Source: Perna viridis (taxonomy: Eukaryota). From it: DNA of 64,000 nt. The first letter of the stretch is position 1. Each line of letters begins with the position of its first letter. The notes under the pieces were generated by a model, which was not told the DNA's origin, did not search any database, and was given only the letters and a program-made list of their open reading frames with translations. Positions 24,086 to 39,000 of this stretch are shown in pieces. A program made the translations under genes and the position numbers. The DNA is taken from NCBI GenBank assembly GCA_037379345.1, contig CM074522.1, forward strand, positions 3,162,001 to 3,226,000. The letters run 5' to 3'.

Positions 24086-27000
24086 GTAAGTGTACAATTG
24101 ATATTTACAAAGTAGTCGCTTACAAAGTAGTGCAGACAATGAATAGGGAGATTTTTTTGTAGAGTAATTAGAGGGGAAATTGAATAAAAATATCCAAAAC
24201 CTACATGTTGTAATTAATGTACATTGTGTTGTATGTACAATTTATTTATGTGACTATTATTGTTCTGTTTACACGATGTTTTCCATTGAACATGTATTTG
24301 TATTTCACAAAAAGTTTTGACCTTCACATTAAACTCTGTTGTCCTGGGTGTCAGAACAGGTCAAAGGCAAGTCATTTAAGCCAATTAAAAGGACTCTTTG
24401 TAATCAGACCTGTGTTTTGATGCCTACCTTTGAAGGCTCAGACAGTTTAAGTGACATTTGCCCTAACAATTGAGATGGCAATTATTTCAGCCTATACCCT
24501 CTCCCACTTATGTTATCTTCAGTTTCTGTCCAAATTTATTTTGCTTCTCTTGCTTCTTTTCTGTTTTCTTTATTGATAATAGTTTTAAGGAGGTAGACCT
24601 AGGGCAAGGAAAACAACACTTACAAATCATTGGAACGTTTGTATTCAGCATTTGACGTCTGAATCTCATGTAAGCATCAAAGTAGCGCAGACTAATTTCA
24701 TTCTGTTTCAAAGGAAAGCTTGAAAGGCTTTGGTGAAATTGAATATGATACAAACATATCACTGAGAGTTATTTCCCTTACCCTACATGTAGGTCTACCT
24801 CCTTAAATTGTAAATTTAATAATTTCTGCTCATCATGATTAGGCACAACATATTTATAAATAGGTTTTATACCAAAAACCTACAATTTGATAAACGTACG
24901 ACAAACGTTTTCTTCTTTTAAAATTAGCCTCTGTTCTATATGAACAGAATGGAATAGGATGTTTTTACGAGGATGGTGGAGGTAATCAAAGTGAAATGGA
25001 ATAACACAAAGGAAACTCATCTTAAATTTTAAAAAGAATTAAAAGCAATAGTACAAATGGTAAACTGCAATGTAATGACAAGGAAAAATGTCTTTTAATT
25101 TGATATCTGGATCATTATTTTCAGATGAACAGTTACACAGGTACCATCCATTAAATTAAGCGTACTATTTTAATTAAAATGTCTGCAGACAAGAAAAATT
25201 TCTATTTATAGCTTTAGTACATTTTGTACATATACTTCTATCTATAAAATTATCATTGACAGGGGAAGTACAACCTGTTATTGAAGGATCAGTACAGAAG
25301 CCTGATGGTACCTTACAGATCCTGGGAGGTGAGGGCCAGCCCCTGACAGTAACATGTCTATCAGACCACAACCCAATATACTTAATGTACAATGACACAC
25401 AGTATAACAACTCTGTGTTGTTTAATGGCAGTTATTCGGTGAATTTCACCATTCAGGCCACACGAGATGATGATGGAGAAAATGTGAGCTGTCACTTAGT
25501 CAACTCCACCTCTGGAGAAAAAATTATTGTGTTTGCCTCAATTTATTTGAAATGTAAGTTCACATGTATCTATAATAGAAAAAAAAAACAAAACAAAAAA
25601 ACCACTTAGATTCATACATGTGTATCTAATACAATGTACATGTACATGATGTTTTGTACATGTACATGTACATACATGTTTTCACTTTATTAAGGGTTCA
25701 GTTAAGACAAAAATAACAATATGAACCAGTCTTTGCCATCTAAATTTCAGACAAGAAGCCCCTACCCTTAATCTGGAAAGAATTTTATGTAAAATGCATT
25801 GGCTTGGAAGCAAAATTTCTGCAAGCCTGCACCTACATTTGTATTTTACCCCAAAGAACTTGAGCTAAAGGATGCTACAGACACTGTGAAGTCAGCCTCA
25901 TATCTTGACCTACACTTAGAGATTTATGGGAAAACTATTGACCACACTATATAACAAACGTTTCATTCTGTATTGTCAACTTTCCTATCATCCATTGCAA
26001 CATCCTTTCAGCACCTGCAAATGGAGTTTTCTTATCGTACATTTTGCCAGAGCCGTAATTAAGCAGATTTTTTTTATCACACTAGACTTCTTATTATTAG
26101 GCTTCTGTACTCATATCACAACTCCTACGTTATGCCAGAGCTTGCCGAAACTACCGCAGACTTTTTATATCGCGCTAGAACTATAACAAATGGGCTTCTG
26201 AAACAGGGTTATGTTGCTACAAGATTGATGTCATCACTACAGAAGTTTTATGGTTGTCATCGTGGATTGTTATGGTGTATCCATTTGCACCATAAAAGCA
26301 GATTTGTTTGATGTGCCATAGTTGTTCTTTCCTCTTTCTTCTACACTGGAGTTGACTTTTTATGAGCAACTCGGCAGGTGTTTCTAGAAAAGCTGTGGAC
26401 ACTTATCCTACCGGTGCACCTAGTCCATGCTCCCTGTTTTTAGTGGAGTCTGAGTTGCTGATTTACTTTTGTAACTTTGTATTGTGTATATTGTTTTGGT
26501 GTTTTATGTTCTTTGTTGTGCATGTCTATTTTCCATGTCTGGTCTTTATCCCGGGATTAAATTCTTTTGAGTTCCACTAGAATCTTGATTCTCTTGATTA
26601 CTCTTTTACCAGCAATGGCTGGTTGGCTGGTAATTTTTGAAGACTGATGAACATAAGATGATAATGTTCCCATACTTACAAGTACTAATCCATATAAAAT
26701 TCAGACAATACCAATGATAGATGGGATTCAAGTTGCAGAAAAAAAAATCACATACAAATCAACCTTCTTCATCTACATGAACAATACTTGTATTGATCGG
26801 TTCAACTATAATTGCAATCGCTCATCAGTTGCAGATCAGTTTCCAGTCAGTCATTAATCTGTCAAACGGCTTGGTCAAACTGGTGATCACTTCCTTTTAC
26901 ATCATATGATTTATGATCAGTTTATGTATTTTACAGATTGGTTTGTGTTTGAAATTTACATGAACAAATCATCAGTCATTTTACATATCGAAACCATGAT

Positions 27001-30000
27001 CAGTTGGTCACTGAAATGTCATTGGTTTTTAGATCTGTCAGTGATCTTTCAATTATCCATCATATAGTTGCACGGATAGATTCAGGTATTGTATATGTGC
27101 CATATTTTTTATGTACCGGGGACTATAGTCCTTAAACTGCTTACAGATCTGTAATTAAAAGAAAACCCATACATTCTTGTCATTCTTCTACAAACAAACT
27201 CAAGAACGATAACTCTTGCAAAGTGCCAATTTCATGTACATTTAGTACAATGTACTATTTTTTTTAGCTTAGCCAAGACTCAATTTAGACTCATATATTA
27301 CCACCTGATTTCAGGTGTAAAATAAACATGATAGAAAATCAAAGATTTAATACAAACAAGAACCACACATATGTATAGTCACTCTCATTTCCAGATTGTA
27401 ATAATCGCTGGGTCAATTGTTAATCAATTGGTTATTGATTCTCATCATTAAATTGTTTAATGATGCTTTAGATATAAAACATGTACAGGGTATATGACCC
27501 CAGGTCATTTACCATTCGTGCAAGACCTGACAGTGTACTCAAGGATGTTAAAAACACCCTTGGTAGTTGTAGGTCATTTAAAATTTGAATTGTAATGTAT
27601 TTATAATCATTTGATGAATCATGAGTTCAGAAGTTCATTTTGGGATTTTATAATATTTTGTACATGAGTTACAATGTACAATTGTACAATGTAGTTCACC
27701 TTATGTAGAAATAACTTAATACTTTTTTATCCCTAAACTGATAAATTGCATACAGTAATCATGTAACTGAACTCAACAGTTAATCCACTTAAATTAGGAG
27801 GTAAATTCCTTTCAATTTCATAATATTTATGTAAATTGGCTAAGAAATGTGCATTGTGTATTGCATATAACATCAACTCTCAAAAATTTAATTATGAGAG
27901 TTAAAGGTAGTAATTTTATATGAAATTTTCAATTTAATATAAGATTGATATACATAACTGATTGGATTAAATTATAATGCATACTTTATTGTTTACAAGT
28001 AAAACCCACTGGTACTTACATTGGAGGAATTGATACATATGAGGAAGGAGATACTATTCAGATTACATGTAATTCCATTAGAAGTCGACCAGCTGCTACT
28101 TTTCCAGTGGTTACTGAGCGTTTGTCTCAAGTTAACAAATCTGAAATCCGGACTATTGTCAGTTATGATAATTCTTCAGACACCTACAATACAACTGCTT
28201 CATTTATTAGGACTGCAGACTCTTTATACAATGGAATGTTTATTTTATGCATAACATCTGTTGATTCAATTTACTACCAACCCATCACTACTTCCAGCAA
28301 CAGAGTCATTGTCCATTGTAAGTTACCTCTCACTTACCCATCTAAGTTTTCCAGGTGTACCCCAATCATGAATATTCCAATTTCCAATGAGTATAATTGG
28401 GGGAGATGTAACATATTGTGTTTAAACTTATTTGTCAAGACCTTCAGACTGTTATTGTTTTGAGATATGGGATTTTATTTTGCTAAAAAATTGGAGCTAT
28501 TTCCTGTTTTCCATCTATACCTAAATAATTCTTCCATAGAACACTGTTATATTGTGAATTGCTTATCTCCGTGGATTAGGGCATTGTTTTTTTATGATAA
28601 ATTATCATACCCTCCAGGAACAAAATTTACGGATCTGAAGAAATCACATGACCCAATCATCTATTTATTTGTCCATGCAATCTTCTGTAACTCTTATTGC
28701 AAGTATTTTACTCAGGCAAATTTTGTTAATGTGAAGTTCATGTGAACTTGACATGAAATTTTTTATTTTGAACCTGAATCTCATGTGAACTCTGTTCCAA
28801 AGTTTATTTGCTCAATTCAGGTGAAAATCATTTGAAATTCATATGAAAAGCATATGAAATAATTTTCCCTACATAAAAGATGGTTGATCACATCCATTCT
28901 GATCCAAAAAAAAATCTTTATCCTGTGTCAAATACTTATAAATGCAATCACAATCAAAATTTAGAGCTGTATGAAGCTTGAATTTGTGTCCATATTTGTT
29001 CAAAGTTTGACCTCTCTGGGTGTATCAGCATGTGCTCTGCAAAGCATTTAATTTTATTTTGGTATTACAAATGTATCATGCACTAAGTTTGATGTAATGC
29101 TGCCATAGAAAATTGTAGTTACAGGTACATATATTTTCAACTTTCTACTGCATTGGCCAGATAAAGCATTTAAAACCAATGAAAAAAGAAGTAAATTGCA
29201 GATAATTGTGAAAATATGTTCATAAATGTATGTTTCCCACTTGCTTTTGATACATGAACATTTGTATGACACAAGAATTTCATTTGTCACTGCATATAAG
29301 TTTCCAGAAGGGATCCAAAAGCAAACATTTTTTGAATCTGTGTAAAAAAAATGTTGTTTGTTTTTTCAATGTGGTTGTATTCAAAGTCTTTAATAATTCA
29401 TTCATACAGTGTATTACATTTTATAAAGGGAGAAGGGGCCTTAAATGCTTTGATTGGCCTAAAATACAGCTAAAAATTCATTAAGTGTTGAAAATAGTAA
29501 TTGGGAATTGGGAGACTTGAATACATAACTATTAAGTAATCATAAGGACTCTTGTAAGTTCTTCGTTAAAAAGACAAGAGAATTGCATGAAGTTGACCAA
29601 ATTTCAGACATTCCATGACATTTTGTTCTTTTTGGTCAATGCCCAGTTTTTTAAGAAGTGATGAAGATAGCAAAACAACTTTTAATATTTATTGAATACA
29701 TTCATTATTACATTTTTCATATGAGGTCAAACCTTGAACAGATGGGGCAAATATGTTTCTTGGGTGTAGAAATAGTTTTCTGAAAATTATGATAGAAAAA
29801 AAACTATGAATTATGCCATTCTCAGCAATTTTATACAACAACAAAAAATTGCATTCATATATTGGTATGGTGCTGTTATTGTAATCTGTAGAAACGTGGT
29901 TTTCATGCAATAACTTGAGTATTATTTGGTTGATCTTTATTAAATTTTATAACAAGGCCCCAAAGCACAAAAGGAATGGTATTGATTTTTGGGGTTTGAC

Positions 30001-33000
30001 CTCAACCATTTTAAAAGAAGGCACCCAAATGGGGCCTGAAACAAGCAATTTGTTGAATTTAACTAAATAACTCCAGTATGAGTATAGGAGTGTCTATGAT
30101 ATTGTTCCAAAATATTCTATACCACAATAGATATGATTAGGCTTGGATAGATTTTTGGAGAAAGACTAACTTTTTAGAAATAAGCAGCCAGTAACATATG
30201 TTTTCCTGGTGTACAATAACTTGACTTTTAGTGAACGAATCTCTTCGAAATTGTACAAGGTGTCATAACGTCAAAGGAAGACTGGGAATCATCTTGAGGG
30301 TTAAGACTTGAACCTTGTAGGAATTGTTGGCCAAAAAGAAGCTTGAAACAAGCATTATCCTTATGTCCATCTAATAACTTGAGTGAAAGTGAAGTGATCT
30401 CATATAAATTTTACTTCAAGGTGCCAAACCCAAAAGGAAGACTGAGATTGATTTTTAGGGTTAACACTTAAAGGTAGTAAGAAAAAAGGCTAGAAACAAG
30501 ATTCTTTTCTGAATTCTTGATGAAAACTTTATTGAAAAGAAATTGTACCACAAGGTGCCATGTCCCCACAGGAATGTTGGGATTTGACTTGAATCATTTA
30601 GGAATAAGCACAAGAAAGTGAGCACTTCAGTTCTGGTCAAATTTTTATCCTGTGTCAAATGTCTAATCATAATCAAAATTCAAAGATGTGTCAAGTTTGA
30701 ATGATGCGTCAACTGGGTTAAAGCTCTACGCTCATATAAAGCTGCCCTGTGAAGCATTTTATTGTTAAATGATGTATAATTGTGACAAAATTGTGACATC
30801 ATTACAAAAAATGTATTTTCCTTATGTTTATATGTATCATACAATGTTTTGAACTGTTTCTATGATATTACAAAAAAAGTATATATCTTTGGGCCATAAT
30901 CATAGGCCAATGCCCAACATCATTGGCTTTTTATTTATTTTTTTGTCAAGTTTTTAAATTTACCAAGATTAATGTTGAATGGGTAAAAAGTGTTTCTGGG
31001 GTCCTATTTGAACTGAAGTCATGTCAAGCTGTGTCTGGTGGAATAATTTATTGGCAAGATTGTCTCCCTTTACTGCAAGGAAGCTGTACAGTACTTTACT
31101 ACTGTATATTCTAATGATGAAGTGGGTGAGAGGTAGTATTTATTTTCTACAGATGGACCATATGAAGATAATGTTTACCTGTTTGGGCTGGATACTGGTA
31201 ATGAAGGTTCTACTTTAACTTTCAAGTGTAAAAGTGGAGATGTCAATCCAGCACCAACTTTCCTGTGGTATAATGACACAGACCCTGTTGTCATGACAAC
31301 CAATCCTGTCATAACAGAATATCAGGGTGCTGGGGTAAAGTCATACAAACACTAGTTGTTTTATATAGTCCTTAATGGCTCTGCATGAAATTGTACTACA
31401 AAATGCATCTTGCAAAAAGAGGTTTATTTATTAATGCATTTAGGGCTATTGCTCTAACCATGTAGAAACTACAGGCTAAAGAGGAGCTGACAACAAGCTT
31501 TTTTTTTTGTTTCCAGTCTATAACTTAATAGATAATTACAGTGTACCAAAAAGTTAATTCCTCAAAAGGAAAGCTGGGTTTCCATGCTAGAGCGTAGTGC
31601 CAAAGATCCAATAACAAAAAATTTCTGATTTCAGTACAATATACTGTAACTTGAGGCTGAAATTCTATGATATTCAAATATTTGGGTTTTTTTTGTGTTT
31701 TTTGTTTTTGTTTTGGTAGGGGAGATAAGGGATGGTGAAGATATTGATCCTATATATAATGTTTAAGGAATTAAGAGTTGAAAGGGCATTTCCTTAAAAT
31801 TTGTTAAAACTTTTTATTTTTTTAAAATTTTTTCACTACTTTCAGACACATTATGATGCATACCAAGAATGGCCTATAGTACTCAACCGTAACCACATAG
31901 GAACTAAAATAACATGTGTTGTCAAGGGAACAGGCAATCGATCAGTGGCTGTTACCAAAAACATAACTGATGTTTACTGTAAGTACATGTTTTAAGCTAA
32001 AACTGGCATGCTTTAGGCCTGTCAATTTTTTTGTTTCCTGCTGAGACCATCTTTCTCTGGTATAAACCTTGATTAATCATTTGGCCATAATAAAAAATGC
32101 TTTTTGAAAAACAGTCCTGACTCAAATTTTCTAATTTATAATAATCATTATAATATGCATAAAAAATTACAAAAAGGGATGGAAAAAATGCTTTTTTTTT
32201 AAAGATAAATCATACTTCTAAAATATATATGTACCAGTTTTTAATTCCCTACACAATCTATATAGAGTATTGTACAAAATCCCTAAAATTAAGTCTCATA
32301 GGTCTCGATATTAAGTGAAGCGTCCTTCATTTTTTATATTTGAATTTAACAGTTTCTTCTCTCAAGGTCCACTGCAAGAAAAAATCTATATATGGAAATT
32401 ATTGGGTATGATCTATTTTACTATATGTATTATTTTAAATGTCTTAATTGAAGATTGAACATTTATATGACCTGTTTCATACTCTTTAGAAATTTAAGCG
32501 CAATCAGAATTTTGAGTAGTTACAAGTTTGAATGAAAGGTCTAATAATCCAAACTATTCTCTTCTCAAACTCTATGGTCACATCAAGCTGCTACCTGCAT
32601 AGCTTTTTGTACTGTTTAAAGTATATATTTTCTGCTTCTTAAAGTTCTGAAAATTGGCTTCAAATTGCAGATAAACCAGTGGTAGAAATAAGAGGAGCTC
32701 CATTGGTTGACCCAGTGACAGGATACTTTACTTATGATGAGGGAGACAATGTTAATCTCACATGTAACCTGATAGAATCAAATCCAGTAACAACTGTGTC
32801 ATGGAACCATCAAAGTGGATCTGGTAAAGATTAACGAATAACAGTACTCATATAAATCCATTACTATTTCTGTAGACAGACACTGTATTGTAAGGACTGG
32901 TTGATTTTTACACTATGCAGATCCCAGATATATGCTCTTTAATCAGACCTTCATCAATCTTATGCTGGGAATATATGGAGAAACAAGGGTTAGAACAAAA

Positions 33001-36000
33001 ACCTAGATACACTTCTTACTTTTGTAAATTTCATCAATTTTTAAAGTGGTACGAAAGTTATAAATGAATGCAGCCCTGTGTAAATATTCTGAAAGTTGTC
33101 TTTTTCTTTTCTTTTGCTTTTACACTTGTATATCTGCTTTTTCTACAAATCTTGTGGACTTTTGTAAGTCTTCCACTGTTCCAAATAGCTTTTCCTGGAT
33201 ATTTGTTGGTGATGGTTATATCTGATGTCTCAATGTCTGAAGGTTCTTGAATGTCTGTAGAATATGTGTTGTATCTTGTTCTGTCCCTCCACAGGGACAC
33301 ATTGGGGATGGTATTACTTTCATCACCCTGTTCAGATGTTTATTTAGTCTATTGTACCAGGTCTTCAAATAGAAGATAACAGTTTTTTTCAGGTCATGAT
33401 AGATGGTGGTAACTTGTGGTTTACAGTACAGAGATTTGATTAAGGTCGTAATCTCTCTGGATTTTCCTACTTGTGTTATTGACACTTTTTATGACACCTA
33501 CCAGTGCATCTGGTCCATGCTCCCAGTTTATGGTGGAGGCCGAGTTTTGTTACTTTGTATGTATTATTTTGTTTATTTTATGTTCTTTGTTGTGTGTGTT
33601 TGTTTTCCATGTCTGGTATTTGTCCCTGGATTACGTTCTTTTGATTTCCGCTAGAATCTGGGTTCCCTTTAAAACTCAGTATGAGTTAAATAAGCCTCAC
33701 CAGGGCCTGGCAAATATAGTATAGATGTAAAATCTGTTACGTCTGGAACTGCTGAAAAATATTCTGCATCTCCAAAAAGTGACCTTAACAATGACTAGAA
33801 CTGTCAGGACTAATACATAATGACATATGCTATCTGCTTCGAATTCCAAGCTAGGAAGAACTACTCAGTATCAACTATTTATCATATTTATTTTATTCAA
33901 TATCTTGAATAAACAACATTGTGAAAGAAAAATATTTGTACTTATTCTGACTTTTCCTCCACCATTTTGAGGTGACATTATTGGCATTCATCAGCTTTAA
34001 TTCATGGAATGTATTCTTTTGAAACCCTGTTTTAAAAGTTTTTTACAGGGTAGACTTTAACTTTCTCCAATTTTTAATTAAAATGGAACAAAATTGGGGC
34101 ACATTGAAAACAAATCTTTGTTTTTAATTCAAAATTTTTAGTCAAAATTTTGAAATTAAAACAAAAAATCAGTTTTGTTTTATAAAAAATCCCAGTCTGC
34201 AATTTTTCAGATTTCAGATATCTTTTACAGTATTTGAGTTATAAGGGGCAAAAGAGGGTAATGCTTAAACAAATCAACATTTTTTTTTTTTGTTCCAATT
34301 TTGAAATTTTTATTGATATTGTATGTATTAATATTTTAATAATATTAATATTACGGTAGTACTGCATCTGGTCCATGCTCCCAGTTTTACTGAAGTTGGA
34401 GTTACTCATTTACTTTTGCTGCATTGTATGTATTGTTGTGGTTACTTTATGTTCTTTGTCATGTTTGTTTTCCATGTCTGGTCTTTTTCCTTGGATTGTG
34501 TTCTTTTGGTTTCTGCTGGAATCTTGGTTCCCTTGATTACTGTTTATTGAAAGTTCCTGCCTGAATTTTTCTATTAGATTTACATCCCATAGGAATTTTA
34601 GTGATAGGGATCAAAGGGAACAGTCTTCCAATAGTACTCTTAAAGCAAAATATTTGTCATCTTTAATTGATTTCTAATTTTGTGCTATAGTCTGGTCATA
34701 ATAAAATATAAGTACCCTTAAGTGTCAAAAATTAAAATTGTGTCCGTACTTGCCTCAAGTGAATAAATAGCTTTCACTATTCTGTGACCTAATCATGATT
34801 TTTTCCTTGAAGCTCCTTATTATCACATGATGCCATTGTAAATCTCTTAAAATACCCTGGGCTAAAAAGCAGGGTGGAATATACTGATAATGGTGTTCAT
34901 CTGTTCATTCATTAGTCCCTTTGTCCGTCCCAGTTCTAATACACAACTCCTCTGAAACTGCTGAATGGAATTTGATGAAACTCTCAGAGAATTTGTATTA
35001 CATGTTGCCATTGTGCACCTAATTTGGTTTCCACCTGTATGACTTTTGGGATTTTTCTGGTGCAAAACATGGACTTCGTCGTCATTGGTGAGCCAAGGGG
35101 TACCATCTTCTAATCTGCAACTTCTCTGAGACCGCATAATGAATTTGATGAAACTTTCATAGGATGCTGTAATGTGCATCTTATATTTTGTTTTTATGTC
35201 TGAATGCCTTAAATCACTTACAGGTTTTCCAATATGATTTTGGACAATAGGAGTGGGGATATCACCAAGCGAGCTTTGCTCTCAGTATTTTAATATTGGA
35301 TTAATTTTTGTTTTGAAGGGATGTGTTCTTTTAAAACAGAAATGTATGAAAATAATTATTTAAGAAGAAAGAATTGACATTAGGCTATATTTGCTAGTCC
35401 AGATAACCTGCATTGTATTTAAAAGTCAAAGAATAGATAACTCTGCCAGAAGGAGATAATTTACATAGCTATGTAGACTGATAGAATTTACATGCATGTA
35501 GTTTTTATCTTAATCATGAACAAGTTTAACATGTATATGAGCTGAAATCACTTTAATTGTAGAACAACAATATGCCATAACTTTTTTTCCTATTTTCTTA
35601 TGTCTTTGCCAAACAAAATTAGAAAGAGTCCAAGTTGTACAATAAACATGTAGTAAATACTAGTTAAACAATATACATGTAGAAAATACGAGTTAAACAA
35701 TGTACATATAGTAAATACCAGTTAAACAATGTACATGTAGTAAATACGAGTTAAACAGTAAACATGTAGAAAATACCAGTTAAACAATCTACATATAGTA
35801 AATGCAATTTATACAATATACATGTAGTAAAATACAAGTTATACAATATACATGCACATGTAGTAAATAGTTGTAATACACATTATGTAGAATATCTTTT
35901 TGTCACAATGACATATTCTGGATTTTGACAAAACCTGACTACAATAAACATGTAGTAAATACTAGTTAAACAATATACATGTAGTAAATACGAGTTAAAC

Positions 36001-39000
36001 AATGTACATGTAGTAAATACGAGTTAAACAGTATACATGTAGAAAATACGAGTTAAACAATGTACATGTAGTAAATACCAGTTAAACTATGTACATGTAG
36101 TAAATACGAGTTAAACAGTAAACATGTACAAAATACCAGTTAAACAATCTACATGTAGTAAATGCAATTTATACAATATACATGTAGTAAAATACAAGTT
36201 ATACAATATACATGCACATGTAGTAAATAGTTGTAATACACATTATGTAGAATATCTTTTTGTCACAATGACATATTCTGGATTTTGACAAAACCTGACT
36301 AAACCTGGTCCATATAAAAAATTTTAAAGTTCTACCAATTTCTGTACAAAATGTACATTACAGAGCTCAATATGCTTATATATAAATTTGATATTAGAAT
36401 GAATTTATTTTTTGAGTTTTTTTTTTTTTACAGGATCTTCTTCTGAATTGTTTATCATTAGAGATGTAAAGTCTTGGTATAATGATAGAAGCTATAAATG
36501 TGATGCTTACAACAGAGTAGGGAGTGCAAGTCTGACAATCACACTCAATGTACAGTGTAAGTTGTGTACTGTTATATGTAAAAATACTCATTTACTTATT
36601 TACATTAAATATCTTGCTGAGCTGTTGAAATAATACAAAGTAGGGTCTGTTTGACCTTTCAACTTTTCTCAATCTAATATACATGAAATTTTTGTTTTAA
36701 GACATAAAACAATAATTAATCAATCAATCAATCAATCAATCAGGTTTCTGTGTTTGGAAAGTCAATTGTAAAGACTTTCTTTCTTTAGGATAGCTAGACT
36801 TTTCTAAAAAATTCTAAAAAATTCCAAACCACTGTGGACAAGTAAAATTTATCTCTACAAATTCAATGTTACAATAAATAAACTCTGTCTACAGGAGTCA
36901 TAGTTGTATGCTAGATTTTAGTGGAGTCATTCCTACTGGCTCGTGTCTCATATAAATATTTTCAGGTTCTCTTGTTCTGATCGATATAGAAATACATGAA
37001 TTGTCATGGCTGCTATATAATTAATCATTTTATTATATATATGTGAACTGGGGAAACAACCTTTAATGTGATGGTGTAAGATCTCCTGTAAACAGAGTTT
37101 ATTTATTGTAACATTGAATTTGTAGAGATAAATTTTACTTGTCCTCAGTGGTTTGGAATTTTTTAGAAAAGTCTTGCTATCCACAAGAAAGAAAGTATTT
37201 ACAATTGTCTTTCCAAAAACAGAAACCAACATGCAAAATTTATTAGTTGACTTTCCTTGAACCAAGTATTACTTGCATTGTGATATATGGAGTTGGAATA
37301 TAATTGCTGTTCTTGATTCAGTACTTGTTGTTTTTAGTGGAGCCTGAGTTGTATGCCAGGTTTTAGTGGAGCCTTAGTTGATTGTTAGTTATATTACAGG
37401 GTATAGTTGATTGTTAGTTGTATGGCAGGTTATAGTTGATGGTTAGTTGTATGCCAAGTTCAAGTTGATTGCTAGTTAAATTCTAGGTTATAGTTGATAT
37501 TTAGTTATATTCCAGGTTATAGTTGTTTGTTAGTTTTATGCCAGGTTAAAGTTGATTGCTAGTTAAATTCCAGGTTATAGTTGATCGTTAGTTGTATTAC
37601 AGGTTATAGTTGATTGTTATTTGTATGCCAGGTTAAAGTTGATTGCTAGTTAAATTCCAGGTTAAAGTTGATTGCTAGTTAAATTCCAGGTTGTAGTTGA
37701 TCATTAGTTGTATGGCAGGTTATAGTTGATTGTTAGTTGTATGCCAGGTTATAGTTGATTGTTAGTTATATTCCAGGGTATAGTTGATTGTTAGTTATAT
37801 TCCAGGGTATAGTTGATTGTTAGTTGTATGCCAAGTTCAAGTTGATTGCTAGTTAAATTCTAGGTTATAGTTGATATTTAGTTATATTCCAGGTTATAGT
37901 TGTTTGTTAGTTTTATGCCAGGTTAAAGTTGATTGCTAGTTAAATTCCAGGTTATAGTTGATCGTTAGTTGTATTACAGGTTATAGTTGATTGTTATTTG
38001 TATGCCAGGTTAAAGTTGATTGCTAGTTAAATTCCAGGTTAAAGTTGATTGCTAGTTAAATTCCAGGTTGTAGTTGATTGTTAGTTGTATGGCAGGTTAT
38101 AGTTGATTGTTAGTTGTATGCCAGGTTATAGTTGATCATTAGTTGTATGGCAGGTTATAGTTGATTGTTAGTTGTATGCCAGGTTATAGTTGATTGTTAG
38201 TTATATTCCAGGGTATAGTTGATTGTTAGTTGTATGGCAGGTTATAGTTGACGGTTAGTTGTATGCCAGGTTATAGTTGATCGTTAGTTGTATGCCAGGT
38301 TATAGTTGATCGTTAGTTGTATTCCAGGTGATAGTTGATCACTAGTTGCATACCAGGTGATAGTTAATCTTTAGTTGTATGCCAGGTTAAAGTTGATTGC
38401 TAGTTTGATTCCAGTTTATAGTTGATTGTTAGTTGTATGCCAGGTTATAGTTGATTTTTAGTTGTATGTCAGGTTGTAGTTGATTTTCAGTTGTATGCCA
38501 GGTTATAGTTGATTGTTATTTATATTACAGGGTATAATTGATTGTTAGTTGTATGTCAGGTTTTAGTGGAGCCTTAGTTGTATGCCAGGTTTTAGTGGAG
38601 CCTTAGTTGTTTGCCAGGTTTTAGTTGAGCCTTAGTTGTATGCTAGGTTTTAGTGGAGCCTTAGTTGTTTGCCAGGTTTTATGGGAGCCTTAGTTGTTTG
38701 CCAGGTTTTAGTTGAGCCTTAGTTGTATGCCAGGTTTTAGTTGAGCCTTAGTTGTTTGCCAGGTTTTAGTTGAGCCTTAGTTGTATGCCAGGTTTTAGTT
38801 GAGCCTAAGTTGTATGCTAGGTTTTAGTGGTGTGTAAGTTGTGCATCAAGTTTGTAGTTGAGTATGAGTTTTATGCCAGGATTTAGTGGAGTGAGAGTTG
38901 TGTGCCATTTTTTTGTGGAGTGTGAGTGCGTCCTAGATTTTTGTGGAGTGCAGTTTGTAAGTATTTAGTCGATTGTAAGTTGTATGCCACGTTTCTATGG

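Noticed and set aside
25125-25140. 16-nt micro-exon (tttcag|ATGAACAGTTACACAG|gtacca)
   Set aside because: It shifts the frame if placed after either signal exon and has a weak donor. It would work only as a leaderless start, for which there is no support.
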